From Octopus bimaculoides (lineage: Eukaryota): a stretch of DNA of 64,000 nt. Both the position numbers and the translations under genes were made by a program. Below, piece by piece: positions 24,108 to 37,743 of this stretch. The stretch spans positions 60,688,085 to 60,752,084 of the forward strand of contig NC_068987.1 of NCBI RefSeq assembly GCF_001194135.2. Direction: 5' to 3'. The first letter of the stretch is position 1. Every line of letters begins with the position of its first letter. The notes under the pieces are model-generated. The model did not search any database, was not told where the DNA came from, and worked only from the letters and a program-made list of their open reading frames with translations.

Positions 24108-26194
24108 NNNNNNNNNNNNNNNNNNNNNNNNNNNNNNNNNNNNNNNNNNTTTTTTTTTTGTGAATTCTCCCATATATATATACTTTCTCATTTTTCATTT
24201 TTTTATGTTTCTAACATCCTCATAGTAACTCTTTCTGCTTGTTTCTCTTTCCTTCTATCTTACTCCCTTCTCTTTCTCTCTCTCTCTCTCACCTGTACAC
24301 AGCCTTGTCTAAACCAGATGATGTTTATGTTCATAAGCTGCTGCATGCTATCAATCACATACTTTTGTCCTCCTGTCAGAGGTTAGCCCACTTCTAGTGG
24401 TTTATAGTTATTCTGATAGTCTACTCAATCTTGTCTTTTCTATTCTTAGAGACAATAAAATAAGCTGCAGTCAGCTATGTATAGATTGTCCTGTTGGATT
24501 CTTTCTTTGAGAAGAAACCTTATGATTATAGATGATATTCTTGTTCAATATTTTTTAAAATTAAAACATGTATAAGTTCTCTATTCATGGAATTTTGCAT
24601 ATATCCCATTTGCTGCCCCTTATACATATATCATTTACCGCTTACATCAAGAAACTGCCAAATTAATCAAATGATATAAAATTCAGACAGAAAATGTTTC
24701 TAGAAATAGCTGTGTGGATAAGATAACAAATTAATTGGCTTTTAATTATGTTACTGTTTTGGCTGTTTGAGAAATCATCAGCCATTTCTACTTAGGTAGA
24801 TTTAACTGATTAAGAAAATGGATAAAATTAATCATTAACCCTTTTGTTACAATATTTCTGTAGTATAATACACAACCTTTTATCAATTAATTTTGAAAAT
24901 AATGAAGCATTTTGTAAAATTCTTTCAATGCCTGAAATTTTGTGGTGGTGGGTGGGGCTAGTCGATTATATCAACCCCAGTGCTCAACTGGTACTTACTT
25001 CATCAACCCCAAAGGGACAAAAGGTAAAGTTGACTTTTGCAGAATTTGAAACTGTCATTATTAGGCTGGTGTTGGGAAAAAGTATTTGTTCCATCTCTTT
25101 ACATTCTAAGTTCGAATTTTGTTGCGGTCAACTTAGATTTTTATCCTTTTAGTGTCTGCTAAAGTAACATAGCAAATGTTTGGGCTGATGGTTGTGATTA
25201 ACCCCATCCTCTCACTATTGTTGGCCTTGTACCTGAATTTGAAACATTTATGAAATTGGACAATGGTGTCTGGTTCAGATGCTTAGTTCACAACCACATG
25301 ATTTTAGGTTCAGTCTTTGTGTGTGGCAACTTGGACAAGTGTCTTCCCAGGCCAACCAAAACTTTGTGAATTAATTTGGTCAACAGAAACCGAAAGAAAC
25401 CTGCTGTGTATGAGTGTGTGGACAGATGGACTTGGTTTGCTATCAAGCAACAGTTCATTATCATCATCATCATCATCATTTAACATTCATTGTTCATGCT
25501 GGCATGGGTTGTACGGTTTGACCAGGGATGATAAGTTGAAGTCTGATTGGCATGGTTTCCATGGCTGAATGCCTTTCCTAATGCCAACCACTCAAAGATT
25601 GTAATGGGTGCTTTTACATGCCACCAACACAAGTGCCAATTGCATGACACCAGTACCTGCCATGACTATGGTTTTACTTGGCTCGATGAGTCTTCTACTC
25701 ATTATTTTGCCAGAAGTTTCTGTCATTTGCCATTGCCTCTGCGGGGCCCAATGCTCAAAAAGTGCTTTTTACATGTCACATTACTTCCGTGAGACCCAAC
25801 ACTTGAAAGGTGCGTTTTATGTGCCACTGGCATCGGCCACAACTATGATTTCATACGGCTTGAAAGGTCTTCTCAAGCACAGTATATCAAGTAATAGTTG
25901 TTTTACAACTATTACCATCACACAAGCAGTGTCATGGGGAAAGGTTACCTTACTTAGAAATAGGTGACGGTTGGTAACAAGACAAGAAAATTTGCCTGAA
26001 TAAATTGCATCTGATCTGTGCATGCATGGAGAAGTGGACATTAAACCAATTAAAGCTATTCAATTAATGCAAATATATTATGTAGAGAATTATTTCAATT
26101 TGCTGTGTAGGTGTTTCATCTGCCTGGAACATTTTTCATAACAAAGTTGACAATTCTCACAACATTGGTTGATACAAAATCCCAATCAGCTTAA

Positions 26195-26403
26195 CCCTAT
26201 TGATGCCAACACACCTGAGACTATGCTTGGCTCTATGATATAAACTTTGTGTCCTGAATTGAAACCTCCAGCAATATTTCCTGTTAATTTTTCTTCCAAA
26301 CACCAACTGAACAAGGGCAGTTATTTTATTAAATTCTTCATTATTATCAAAATTAACTGTAACAAATGTATTGTATTTCAGTAGAAATATAGTAACAAAA
26401 GGG
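26195..26403 (+). mobile_element. piggyBac-type MITE (family b)
   Basis: TTAA|CCCTATTGATGCC ... GTAACAAAAGGG|TTAA. Confidence 0.75.
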
Positions 26404-28618
26404 TTAAGGTGCTGTTGTATCCTTGAGCAAACTTTGTTTGCCTCAGTTTACCTGTCTTATAATAGGTTCTTTTCTTATATTGTAGTTGATTTAGTTGTAG
26501 AAAGGATATCTGACTCTGTGATAAACAGATAACTGGCTCCATGCTTTGTGACTGTACAAATTCATAAGAAAACAAACATGCAGATTTTGTTTGTGCTAGC
26601 ATAGAGAAATAGATGTAACAATCACAGTAAATATCATTATTTTAATGTTCACTTTTCCAAGCTTGCACAGGTCACACAGCTTTTATCGAAGCAGATTGTT
26701 TTATAATCAGATACCTTTCCTGACACCAACTCTCAACTGTTTCCAAACAAGGTAATATTTCCTCATTCCAGATATGTTCTCACAGAATATTGGAAATTAA
26801 TGACACTGCTTGTATGACAGTGACAATCATTTACACTTATCACACAATGTGAAGACAAGGAAATGTAAACATACACATGCACGCAGTTTCTGTCTACCAG
26901 ATCTACTGACAAGGCTTTGGTCAGCTTAACACTATTATAAAAGACACTTGTTCAGGGTATTACACAGTCAGATGGAACCTGAAACCATGTGGTTGGGAAG
27001 CAAACTTAACCTATAAAATTCCAAAGTAAATTGATAAATAAATAACAAAAAGAGTTGTAAGTAGAATAACTAACAGAGTATTAACGGATGAAAATCTAAA
27101 GGTTTCTGTTCTCGAAGCTGCAGGTTTGAGAAGAAATTTAGCTACTCTTTGAAAATTATCCAGTGAGTAACAGGCCTTAACCCTTTTTATGCCAGTCTAT
27201 CTGAGACTTTCCTGGTTCTATGATACCACCTCTCTGTTTTAGAATTTATCTCAATTGTAACCTTCCATCAAAATTTCATGTTACTTTACATTCAAAATAA
27301 TGAAAAAATGTATATATGTGGTGTGTTCCTGTTTGTCAGCTATCATAGGAGAGACAACCCTTCTAGATTAAGTTATAGCATGATTGGAAGTTTGAATTAT
27401 AAATCAAGGAATAAAGAAGAAGGTACCCAGAATGGATATTGATGTGGGAGGCCAAATCTAATTGGTTTGGACATATAACATGTAGAATGTTTGAGCTGGA
27501 AATGATCAGTTTAAACACTAAAGGGTTAAAAACTAAAAGGAAACTAGTGTGTGTGTGATGAATGTAAAGGAATTGTGGTACTCTTTCTGTAATTGTAGAG
27601 TCTAATTACTATATGACTAAAGCAACTAAAATGTTGAAAATGGAAGATGGGAAGTAGTCTCTGTATTCTAGGAAATTTAGTTCCACAACACAACACCTTG
27701 GGCAAGTGTCACCTATTATAGCCCTGGGTCAATCAATGCCATAGTTAATTTGGTTGACAGAAAGTGTATGGAAACCCATCATGTGTATGTGTCTCTGTTT
27801 ATCTCTCCCCACTCCCACTTGACAACTGGTGTTGCTTTGCTTACATCCCTGTAACATAACAGTTCAGGAATAAGATTGATAGGATAAGTACCAGACTTAG
27901 TGATAATTACTGGTATCAATTTGTTCAACTAAAACTCTTCAAGGCATGGCTTCAGGCTAATGACTGGAACAAATACAAGATAAAAGATATCATTGGTTAG
28001 GATACAGTGACTGAGTATAAGATTTTCTGAAATTGTTGTAGTAGCCATTACATAGAAGTTCTCTCATAAGCTTTATTCAATAGGTTATTGTCGATTAGCC
28101 TCAGCTCAGATCTTAACCGGCAGGCCTGTAATCAAAGTTGTTTCTTCCATTACTTTCCTAGTTTTTTTTTTCCTATGTGGTTCATCAAGGACCACAATAT
28201 CCAATGTTTCCTTTCAATTTTAAAACAGTTGGGTGCATAATTCAAAGGAAATTTCGCTGTTATTTTCCATAGTATAGTTGTGTTATATATATACATATAA
28301 TGTACTGTTCTTTGATGGTAAGGTCAACAACAAAAAAAGTACTCCATCTGGTGAAAAATAAATATTATTAAATAGACACAGTACAGTTTTTTATGTGCTA
28401 ATAGTTTCATACGTTGAGAAATAACTCAAACATATTCATCAGATACAAACTACATATAATGAACTGAAAATTGAATGAGAGAAGAAATGCAAAATGCTGA
28501 GAAAGATGCATAAAGAAAACATGGAAGGTTAAAAACAGAAAGTGAAAAAAGTAAAATAGGTAAAAGAGTTATCCTCCTTAGACCTTACATTATAAGGCTG
28601 GAAAGGTATCAATGAGCT

Positions 28619-28980
28619 ACTCTTTTGTTTCAGTCAGGACTGCAGCCATGCTGGAGCACTACTTGAAGGGTTTAGTTGAGCAAATCTTCTTCAGGGCTTA
28701 TTCCTTTTTCAAGTCTGGTACTTATTCTATTGGTCTCTTTTTAGCTGAACCACTAAGCTACGGGAACATTAACAAGCCAACATCAGTTGTCAAGTGGTGG
28801 TGAAGGACAGGCACACACATATATAACGGGCTTCTTTCAGTTTCCATCCTCCAAATCCACTCACAAGGCTTTGGTCCACCTGTGGCTATAGTAGAAGGCA
28901 TTTGGCAAAGTTGTCATGCAGTGGGACTGAACCTGAAACCATATGGTTGGGAAGTAAACATCTTGCTACACAGCCATCCT
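28619..28980 (-). mobile_element. tRNA-derived SINE, family A
   Basis: Reverse-complement match to the family A head, body and tail. Confidence 0.8.
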
Positions 28981-29010
28981 TGATATGTGTATATTTTGTT
29001 TCTCACCATA

Positions 29011-29058
<48 letters not shown>

Positions 29059-31522
29059 ACAAACAGGAAGGTTAATGTCTAAGTAGAGAGATAAACAGAT
29101 AGAAAGTTTATTTATATGGTTCTGTATATCTAACTCTTTGACTGTCTTGGAATTTGTCTATATTAAATTTCATATCTCAAAATTACAGTGTTGCCAAGAT
29201 TCTAATTCTTCTGTTGCTAATTCTTCATTATCTCTAATGATTCATTTGAATGAGAATTTTCATCTGTGCTGAAGAAGAATTTCTGCTAAGACATTTCTTT
29301 TAGTAAATTGCCTACCTCTAAACCATTTGTTTACAGACATCTTAGAAGAATCTCATGTGTGGCTGTGCGTACGTGATCTTAATTATAAAATCTCTCTCTC
29401 TTGCTCACACACACACACACACACACATACACGCTCACACACAACTTAAATTCATTTCTATCAGATGACAGTTCCCAGGGCTAAATATTATTGCAGAATG
29501 TGTACTTTAATTAATGCGGCGGAAATTAAACATTTAACAAAAAAATTAATTATTTTCATTTGTATTTTATTTCTCAACACAAACTAAACAAATAAAAAAA
29601 AAAATGTTTACAACGAAATAAAAACACTACATTTTACTAATAAATCTGTATTACGCTCTCGGTGGTGTTTGTAGCTTTCCATCTTCCAACATGTTCTTTA
29701 GAAATGAATTAACCTTCACAACCAAGGTCATGCTGGAATACCACCTTAAAGGGTACATAAAGCCATCATCATCGTAGCCTCCTCATTTCCACACTCACAT
29801 GGATCTGACAGAATCTGTTGATTTAGAATTTCTACAGGCATATATCCTTTCTGCTGCCAATCCTTACCTGTTTCTCAGTAAGATATTATTTCTTCATGGC
29901 TGAACATATTTTTGAGGAAGATTGGAAATGAAAGACATTGCTTGTATGACAGTGATGCCGTGTTACTAGCTAAAAATAGCAACTAAACCTTTCTCAAAGG
30001 ACACATTCAATAATGTAGTTGTAAGTATACTGCTTCTGAATATAGGATGGGATAATTCGTAGTGAGATACTTTCGCTATAGGTCTGCTTAATCAGGATTG
30101 ACCTAGGGCTAAACAATGACATATACACAATGGCTGCTCATATCAGTCTGGTTGCTGTTGGTATTTGCAAAGCATCTGACTGTATCTAACATGAGAATCT
30201 TCTAGCCAAACACTCTGGATCCTGTCCATCTCTTGGATCAGAAGTGTAGTGGGTATGTTATTCATTTTAGTCAACCCCTAACTCATTAATAGTCTCTGGA
30301 ACCTTTGAGAATATTACTAAAGGATCTCAGCCATCATTAAAATCCTCATCACTATTTAACATCTGCTTTCTATTCTGGCATGAGATGGGTGGTTTGACAG
30401 GAGCTGGCGAGCTAGAGGACTGTACCAAGTTCCACTGTCTATTTTATTCAGTTTTCTAAAACTGGATGCACTTCCTAATACCCATTATTTTACAGAGTGC
30501 CTCAGGTGGTCTTTTTACATGGCATCAGCACCAATAAGGTCACTAAGTAACTTGTAAGACAAAACCCCCTTAACTGCTGAGAGGTAGCTTTGTGCCCTGT
30601 GATGATGGAGGGACAGAAACAGCTGTCTTGTTATTGAGGAGATACATGGCTACCCTAGTTAGAAAAGAGAGAGAGAGAGAAACAATGTTGGTGAATGTGT
30701 TGTGGGGTATCTATAAGTGATGTGCTACAGAGGATTGGACAAGGTCCAACTGTTCAAGAGCAATATTATCTAGATTAAACTTTACCAGTCTTGATGGGCC
30801 TCTAAAGTCCAACGCAAAAATCAAATTATTGATGTCATTTCTGATGTTTTTGTTTTTATTTTCTCTTCTTTAGTCTTTTATTCAAAGTTAGATTATCTTT
30901 AACGATTACAGGTAAGTTTACCACCATCAATTCAACATGAAAGAAGTTCGCTATGAGGAAAGTTTACTGAGAGGATATATCCATAGTAACTCATCATTAA
31001 TAGAATTATTTTATTGGGAAAAAACCAGTGAATTGATGATGGTGAACTTACCAGTCATGATTTTTAACAACAACAATAGTGTGTAATCTGCTTGCTGAGT
31101 GTTGTTTGAACTTGATCATAAACCTGTTTACAGTTAGTGTTTCTTGATTGGTATAAATCAAGTTGCGATAATTTTCTTATTTCTTTAGCAGTTTATAAAC
31201 ACACAGAGTGGAAAACACTAAATAAAAGAGACCTACTTGCTCATAAAACTTCTTAACCCTTGACAACCAGCGTTGGTGTGTTTCTGTCCCAGTAATTAGT
31301 ACTAGGGTTCAATTTGTTTGATTAAAATTCTTCATGTCAGTGCCCTAGTATGGCCACAGTGACTGAAACAAATTGAAAAAAAAAAAAAAAGCAAGCAAAC
31401 TTTTCTTGGGTGAAGTAAAATATTGGATAAAATTGCAAAGCTGACTGTCCAAGACTATGTTTGATTCAGATCATAGCAAATCTAGTTACCTTTATTGCAG
31501 ATGGCTATTCAGCTGAGTTTAA

Positions 31523-31743
31523 TCCTTTAGCATTTAAACTGGCTATATCCAGCCAAAGCATTCCCCATATTTCGGGTTGAAACTAACTAGATCTGGCCTC
31601 TCACAACTACCCTACAATGTCATTCTAAGAACAAAACGATCACATAATTGAAATCTTGAAACTACAAGATAATGCATGATTAATTCAAAATAATGTGAAA
31701 GAATAAGCATTACATTCGGCAGAGTAATCTGAATGCTAAAGGG
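31523..31743 (+). mobile_element. piggyBac-type MITE (family a)
   Basis: TTAA|TCCTTTAGCATT ... GAATGCTAAAGGG|TTAA. Confidence 0.8.
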
Positions 31744-31960
31744 TTAAATCCTATCATTACCAGCTGCCCTTTTCATCTATCTTAGATGCAAAGAGAGAGA
31801 GAGAGAGACACACACACATGCAATAGTTTTCATCTACTATATCTGCTCATTAGGCTTTGCTTGGCTCAAAGCTATAGACGACACTTGCCCAAGGTGCTAC
31901 GCTGTGAGACTGAACTCAGAACCATGTGGTTGGGAAGCAAACTTCTCTCTACACCCTTAA

Positions 31961-32178
31961 CCCTTTCGTTACCAACCTGGCTGAAACCGGCTCTGGTTCT
32001 GTAGTACAAATGTCTTGTTTTCATAAGTTTTGAATTAAAATCTTCCACCAAACCTTAGTCACAATTTAAGTTCCTAACACTAGCTTAATGATAAAGTTAT
32101 TTTACTAAATTCTTTGTTATTTTTAAAGTAATTGAAAGAAACACAAAGCATCTCAAAATAAATACAGTAACGAAAGGG
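31961..32178 (+). mobile_element. piggyBac-type MITE (family b), young
   Basis: TTAA|CCCTTTCGTTAC ... GTAACGAAAGGG|TTAA: perfect 12-bp TIR with TTAA duplication. Confidence 0.88.
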
Positions 32179-32832
32179 TTAATGTAATTCTCAGGCAGAA
32201 TCATTATGACATTGTGTGTAACAAAATTGTACCTTTCAAATTACAGGTACAACCCACCCTTACAGGTTCTATCTGCCCAATTTCATTTCCATCACCATCT
32301 TCATTATCTTTTCAGCCCACAATGATTAAAACTATTTTTTTCTCAATCCTTTAATCTTCAATAAGATTACTTCCCTATAGAATTTGTATCTTCATCCATC
32401 CAAGCACTCCCCCCCCTTTTTTTTTTGCAGGCACCAGCCCCAACATATTTAATCACTAGCTGCATTAATCTCACTTGTCTGAAGTCCTGCTGCACTGTTT
32501 CTAGGCACTGCACTACCAACAAACACCCACCCACACACATTATCTTTTACTTACTAACCATGAAACAGTTAATGAAGTGAAATGATTTGCTCAGACAGAG
32601 ATTGAACCAAATGTCAGATGCTTCAGCTACTGAGCTTTCAGTGACCCCTCAAACAGTCTACTGGAATTAACTGAGCCTTTTATCAAAAGAACATATTTGT
32701 GTTGTACTCTATTGAAAAGAGATCAGCCTTAATTAAACTCATTGTTATGGTCTCTGACATAAAACAGTGAACCAAGTAAAATGATTAGCTCAGACAAAAA
32801 TTGAACCAAATGTCAGATGTTTCAGCTACTAT

Positions 32833-33279
32833 AGGCTCAGGAGTGGCTGTGTGGTAAGTAGCTTGCTTACCAACCGCATGGTTCTGGGTTTCAGTCCCAC
32901 TGCGTGACACCTTGGGCAAGTGTCTTCTACTATAGCCTCGGGCTGACCAAAGCCTTGTGAATGGATTTGGTAGACGGAAACTGAAGGAAGTCCGTCGTAT
33001 ATATATGTATGTGTGTATATGTTTGTGTGTCTGTGTTTGTCCCCCACAACATCGCTTGACAACCGATGCTGGTGTGTTTACGTCCCCGTAACTTAGCGGT
33101 TCGGCAAAAGAGACCGATAGAATAAGTACTAGGCTTCCAAANNNNNNNNNNGGTTCGGCAAAAGAGACCGATAGAATAAGTACTAGGCTTCCAAAGAATC
33201 AGTCCTGGGGTCGATTTGCTCGACTAAAGGCGGTGCTCCAGCATGGCCACAGTCAAATGACTGAAACGAGTAAAAGAGT
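32833..33279 (+). mobile_element. tRNA-derived SINE, family A, young CpG-rich copy containing a 10-N gap
   Basis: GGAGTGGCTGTGTGGTAAG A box, GGTTTCAGTCCC B box, retained CpGs, GAGTAAAAGAGTA tail. The ~44 nt duplicated around the Ns at 33142-33151 is an assembly overlap. Confidence 0.9.
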
Positions 33280-34934
33280 ACTGAGTGTTCAGTGACCCCT
33301 TGCACAGTCTACTGATTGAACTGGGCCTTTTACCAAAAGAGCATATGTTGTACCCTGTCAAAAAGACATCAGCCTTAATTAAATTCATTATTCTATTTAT
33401 TTGTCTGAGCTAAGGTAACTCCATGTTAACTGAAGATTGTCTTTCCTCTTTTTTTTTTAGTCTATCACAGCATTGCACCAAAATCCTAGCACATCTGGTT
33501 TCTTTCATCTTGTTATTAATGCTTGAAATGTTAGACTATTTATTGAAAGAAATAATAAATAAATTGGAAAGTAAACTAAATTAGTTTTAAAATGTTTCAT
33601 TTTTCACTATTTCTCTATTTCTGTCTTACTGTAAGCTTTGCTTGTCTAATAATAATGTCATCACATTTATGTAAAAAAAAATTTGCAAGGGAAGAAAATA
33701 TTTATTTTTTTCATTCATTTATTTATTCTGTAGAGTTGGCATTAGTTTTGAAAGTATCTGTAAAATGCGATGTTTTTATTTGAATCTTTCATTGGACAAA
33801 TTACTTGATTTGTTTTTTGTGTGTTTTTGCCACTATCCCCCCCACCCCAACCATATACAAGCTAGGCACAAGACATGGTTTCTATGTGGTTCAGAAGTTC
33901 ATTTTGCAACCGTGTGGTTTTCAGTTCAGCCACACAGCACAGCACCTTGGGCAAGTATCTCCTACTATAGCCCCATGCCAACCAATACCTTGAGAGTGAA
34001 TTCAGAAAAACAGAAGTGTGTAGAAGCCCATCCTGTGTGTGTGTGTTGTATATGGGCACTGGTATTGGTTTGTTTACAGCGCTGTAACTTATTATTTCTG
34101 CAAAAGATTACTGAGAGAATAAGTCCAAGACTTAAAATCAAATACTGAAGTCGATTTGTTTGGCTTATCCTTTGATGGTGGTGCTGCATTATGGCTGCTG
34201 TCCAATGACTGAAACAAGTGTATAACAAGGAAAAAGAAGAGTGAAGATAATTTGGATTGATGACTTGTTGCCTTTTGGTAGCATTATATATTTGACAGAT
34301 TTATTAGTAATCACTCTTCTCCTTAAATCTCTCTCTCCATATATATNNNNNNNNNNNNNNNNNNNNNNNNNNNNNNNNNNNNNNNNNNNNNNNNNNNNNN
34401 NNNNNNNNNNNNNNNNNNNNNNNNNNNNNNNNNNNNNNNNNNNNNNNNNNNNNNNNNNNNNNNNNNNNNNNNNNNNNNNNNNNNNNNNNNNNNNNNNNNN
34501 NNNNNNNNNNNNNNNNNNNNNNNNNNNNNNNNNNNNNNNNNNNNNNNNNNNNNNNNNNNNNNNNNNNNNNNNNNNNNNNNNNNNNNNNNNNNNNNNNNNN
34601 NNNNNNNNNNNNNNNNNNNNNNNNNNNTATATATATGTGTGTGTGTGTGTGTCTGTGTGTCTGTGTCTGTGTTTGTCTCCCCACCATCACTTGACAACCG
34701 ATGTTGGTGTGTTTATGTCCCCATAAGATAGCAGTTTGGCAAAAGAGACCAATAGAATAAATACCATGCTAAAGTCGATTTCTACTAATCACTAACTTAT
34801 AAGTGCATGTTTCGCATTGGGTTTTTTACAGATGAAACATAGGCCCTGTTGGAGTCAGTTCCATACCTAATCATTATATTTTGTAATAGGGACTCTGAAC
34901 GAGAGGGGATGATGCAAAGCGATCACCAAAAATG

Positions 34935-35548
34935 GCTGTGCGAAAGTTTTCAGCCACCTCACATAATCCAATCAAGATACAGTGTTTTAAAACAGAAAAA
35001 CGTCTATAAGGAAAATTTATTACATAATGTTCATTTCAAGAAGTTACTGTACATTGTTAATATTTCGTGTGGCTTCCCTTAGCTTGAATAATTGCTTCAA
35101 TGCGCCTGGGAAGAAATGCATACAAATCCTTCACCATCTTCACAGGTATCAGATGCCATTCTCTGTGACTGAGCTCCCACAACTCGTCAAGATTGCATGG
35201 ATTCTTCAGACAAACACTTCTCTTTAGTTCTGTCCACATTTGCTCGATGATATTTAAGTCAAGGCTCTGAGCTGGTCAATCTTTCAATATGGTAACGCCT
35301 TCATCACCTCGGCTTTGTTGTGTTGCACGGGATCTGTGGTATGGAGCTCCTTCATGCTGAAAAATCTCACCTTCATCCAAGTCTGGTATCAAATTGTCCT
35401 TCAGCAACTGAATGTATTTGGCTCTATTCAAGTTACTGTCAAATTTAACCAACTTTCTTGTCTCCCCAAAGCATCAGAGTCTTACCCCCAAATTTCACTA
35501 TTTATGTCGTGTAACGTGGGTCATTTCGCTTTCTTGGAGGCATTCTGG
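34935..35548 (-). mobile_element. Tc1-family transposase C-terminal relic with probable 3' terminal region
   Basis: Across stops and one frameshift: DPRYTT*IVKFGGKTLMLWG / KLVKFDSNLNRAKYIQLLKDNLIPDLDEGEIFQHEGAPYH...ILKD*PAQSLDLNIIEQMWTELKRSV...LPRRIEAIIQAKGSHTKY* (stop at 35057). Confidence 0.9.
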
Positions 35549-36052
35549 TAAATTCTTGCTTATTATATATATGTATACATATGTGTATGTATATNNNNNN
35601 NNNNNNNNNNNNNNNNNNNNNNNNNNNNNNNNNNNNNNNNNNNNNNNNNNNNNNNNNNNNNNNNNNNNNNNNNNNNNNNNNNNNNNNNNNNNNNNNNNNN
35701 NNNNNNNNNNNNNNNNNNNNNNNNNNNNNNNNNNNNNNNNNNNNNNNNNNNNNNNNNNNNNNNNNNNNNNNNNNNNNNNNNNNNNNNNNNNNNNNNNNNN
35801 NNNNNNNNNNNNNNNNNNNNNNNNNNNNNNNNNNNNNNNNNNNNNNNNNNNNNNNNNNNNNNNNNNNNNNNNNNNNNNNNNNNNNNNNNNNNNNNNNNNN
35901 NNNNNNNNNNNNNNNNNNNNNNNNNNNNNNNNNNNNNNNNNNNNNNNNNNNNNNNNNNNNNNNNNNNNNNNNNNNNNNNNNNNNNNNNNNNNNNNNNNNN
36001 NNNNNNNNNNNNNNNNNNNNNNNNNNNNNNNNNNNNNNNNNNNNNNNNNNNN

Positions 36053-36089
<37 letters not shown>

Positions 36090-36097
36090 ATATGTGG

Positions 36098-36461
36098 CAT
36101 TCTGTCGGTTACAACAATGAGGGTTCCAGTTGATCCAAACAATGGAACAGCCTGCTCATGAAATTAACGTGCAAGTGGCTGAGCACTCCACAGACACATG
36201 TACCCTTAACATATTTCTTGGGGAGATGCAGCGTGACATGGCTGGCCCTTTGAAATAGAGGTACAACAGATACAGGAAGAAAGAGTGAGAGAAAGTTGTG
36301 GTGAAAGAGTACAGCAGGGTTCACCACCACCCCCTGCTAGGGCCTTGTGGAGCTTTAGGTGTTTATGCTCAATAAACACTCACAACGCCCGGTTTGGGAA
36401 TCGAAACCATGATCCTACGACTGTAAGTCCGCTGTCTTAACCACTGGGCCATTGCGCCTCC
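36098..36461 (-). mobile_element. tRNA-derived SINE, family D
   Basis: Minus-strand head GGAGGCGCAATGGCCCAGTGGTTAAG..GGTTTCGATTCCC; body shared with 45005-45365. Confidence 0.85.
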
Positions 36462-36474
36462 ACACACAGATATA

Positions 36475-36536
<62 letters not shown>

Positions 36537-36539
36537 TAT

Positions 36540-37743
36540 TAGAATAAGGAGGAAATGGAGAGGTAATTAATAAAATATTATTTATTAATTATAAAATATG
36601 ACAGCATCTCTGGCAGCAGTTTCGATTCAGTAATCTTTAGATAATTGATTTATAAAATTAAAATCATTACAAGATGAATCTCTTCAGAGGTATTAAAGAT
36701 ATACCGATTAGAAATACTTGTTAAGATAACAGCTATAAACCATTAACTGATAGCATATATACAAAATGAGCCAGTTATAGAAGGCCTCAATCCAACATAG
36801 AGGGAGAAGGTAGTGTATATTCTATGTCTATCAGAAAGGGATAAATAATTTCTAAATATAATAATAATAATAACTTATTGTTTATGTTTACGATAATAAT
36901 GAAATAAAATTTAATGTAAATAAATAAATAGAAAGTCTAGAATAAGATGGAAAGAGAAATATCAAAATCATTAACTTCTTTATTATCCTCGATTGTTTTT
37001 AGTTTTATTTATTTATTTTTATATTTTATTTTATATATTTTATTTAGTACTACACTGTGCCAAATTAATAGCATATTGAGCTGATTGCTAATTCACTGCT
37101 TAAATACACAAATATATTATTATTACCTCTGATTACATTTTCAGATATGCCCCTGTTGAAAGTTGTTCTGGCTTTGCTGTCTTTATATATATTTTTCCCC
37201 TACATCCCTGCTATACATGAAGGCATTTTACGTAATTCAATGTCATTTATTTTATTTTATTTTCAATTTACTTATATATAAGTATTTCCTCTTACATAAT
37301 GTTTATTTTCCTAATAATTCTTTTGTCCCCTTAAGCATGTTTCGTTGCATATTTAATTCTGGTTTCTCTCAGGGAATGCTGTATCCCTGAAATTTAAAAA
37401 TTTTTTCCCTTTCCAATAGTTTATTATCATTGTTTTTTACCTCAAAGGCTTGAAATAAATTTTCTTAAGGGATGCAAGGATATATAATGCATTTTGATAT
37501 TTTTTCTTTAAATCTTATTCTAAACTTTCTATTTATCTATTTACATTAAATTTAATTTCATTATTAGATAATAATAATGAAATAAGTTATTATTATATTT
37601 AGAAATTATTTATCCCTTTTTGATAACTTCGGTTAATATATAATTGCCACGATTTGCTTCTACTTGGTTTAAATTTTTTGTATTGCAGTATTATAGATAA
37701 TTATGATATTATATGGCATTATTATATATTTATATATATATTT
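36540..37743. mobile_element. AT-rich element with ~145-bp inverted repeat and a hammerhead-like core (possible Penelope-like relic)
   Basis: 36829-36973 is an imperfect reverse complement of 37485-37626. The minus strand of 36608-36690 has CUGAAGA-GAUUCA...UGAAUC-GAAAC. Confidence 0.45.

Noticed and set aside
33099-33195. Apparent internal duplication in the young SINE
   Set aside because: Identical sequence on both sides of a 10-N gap is a contig-overlap artefact.
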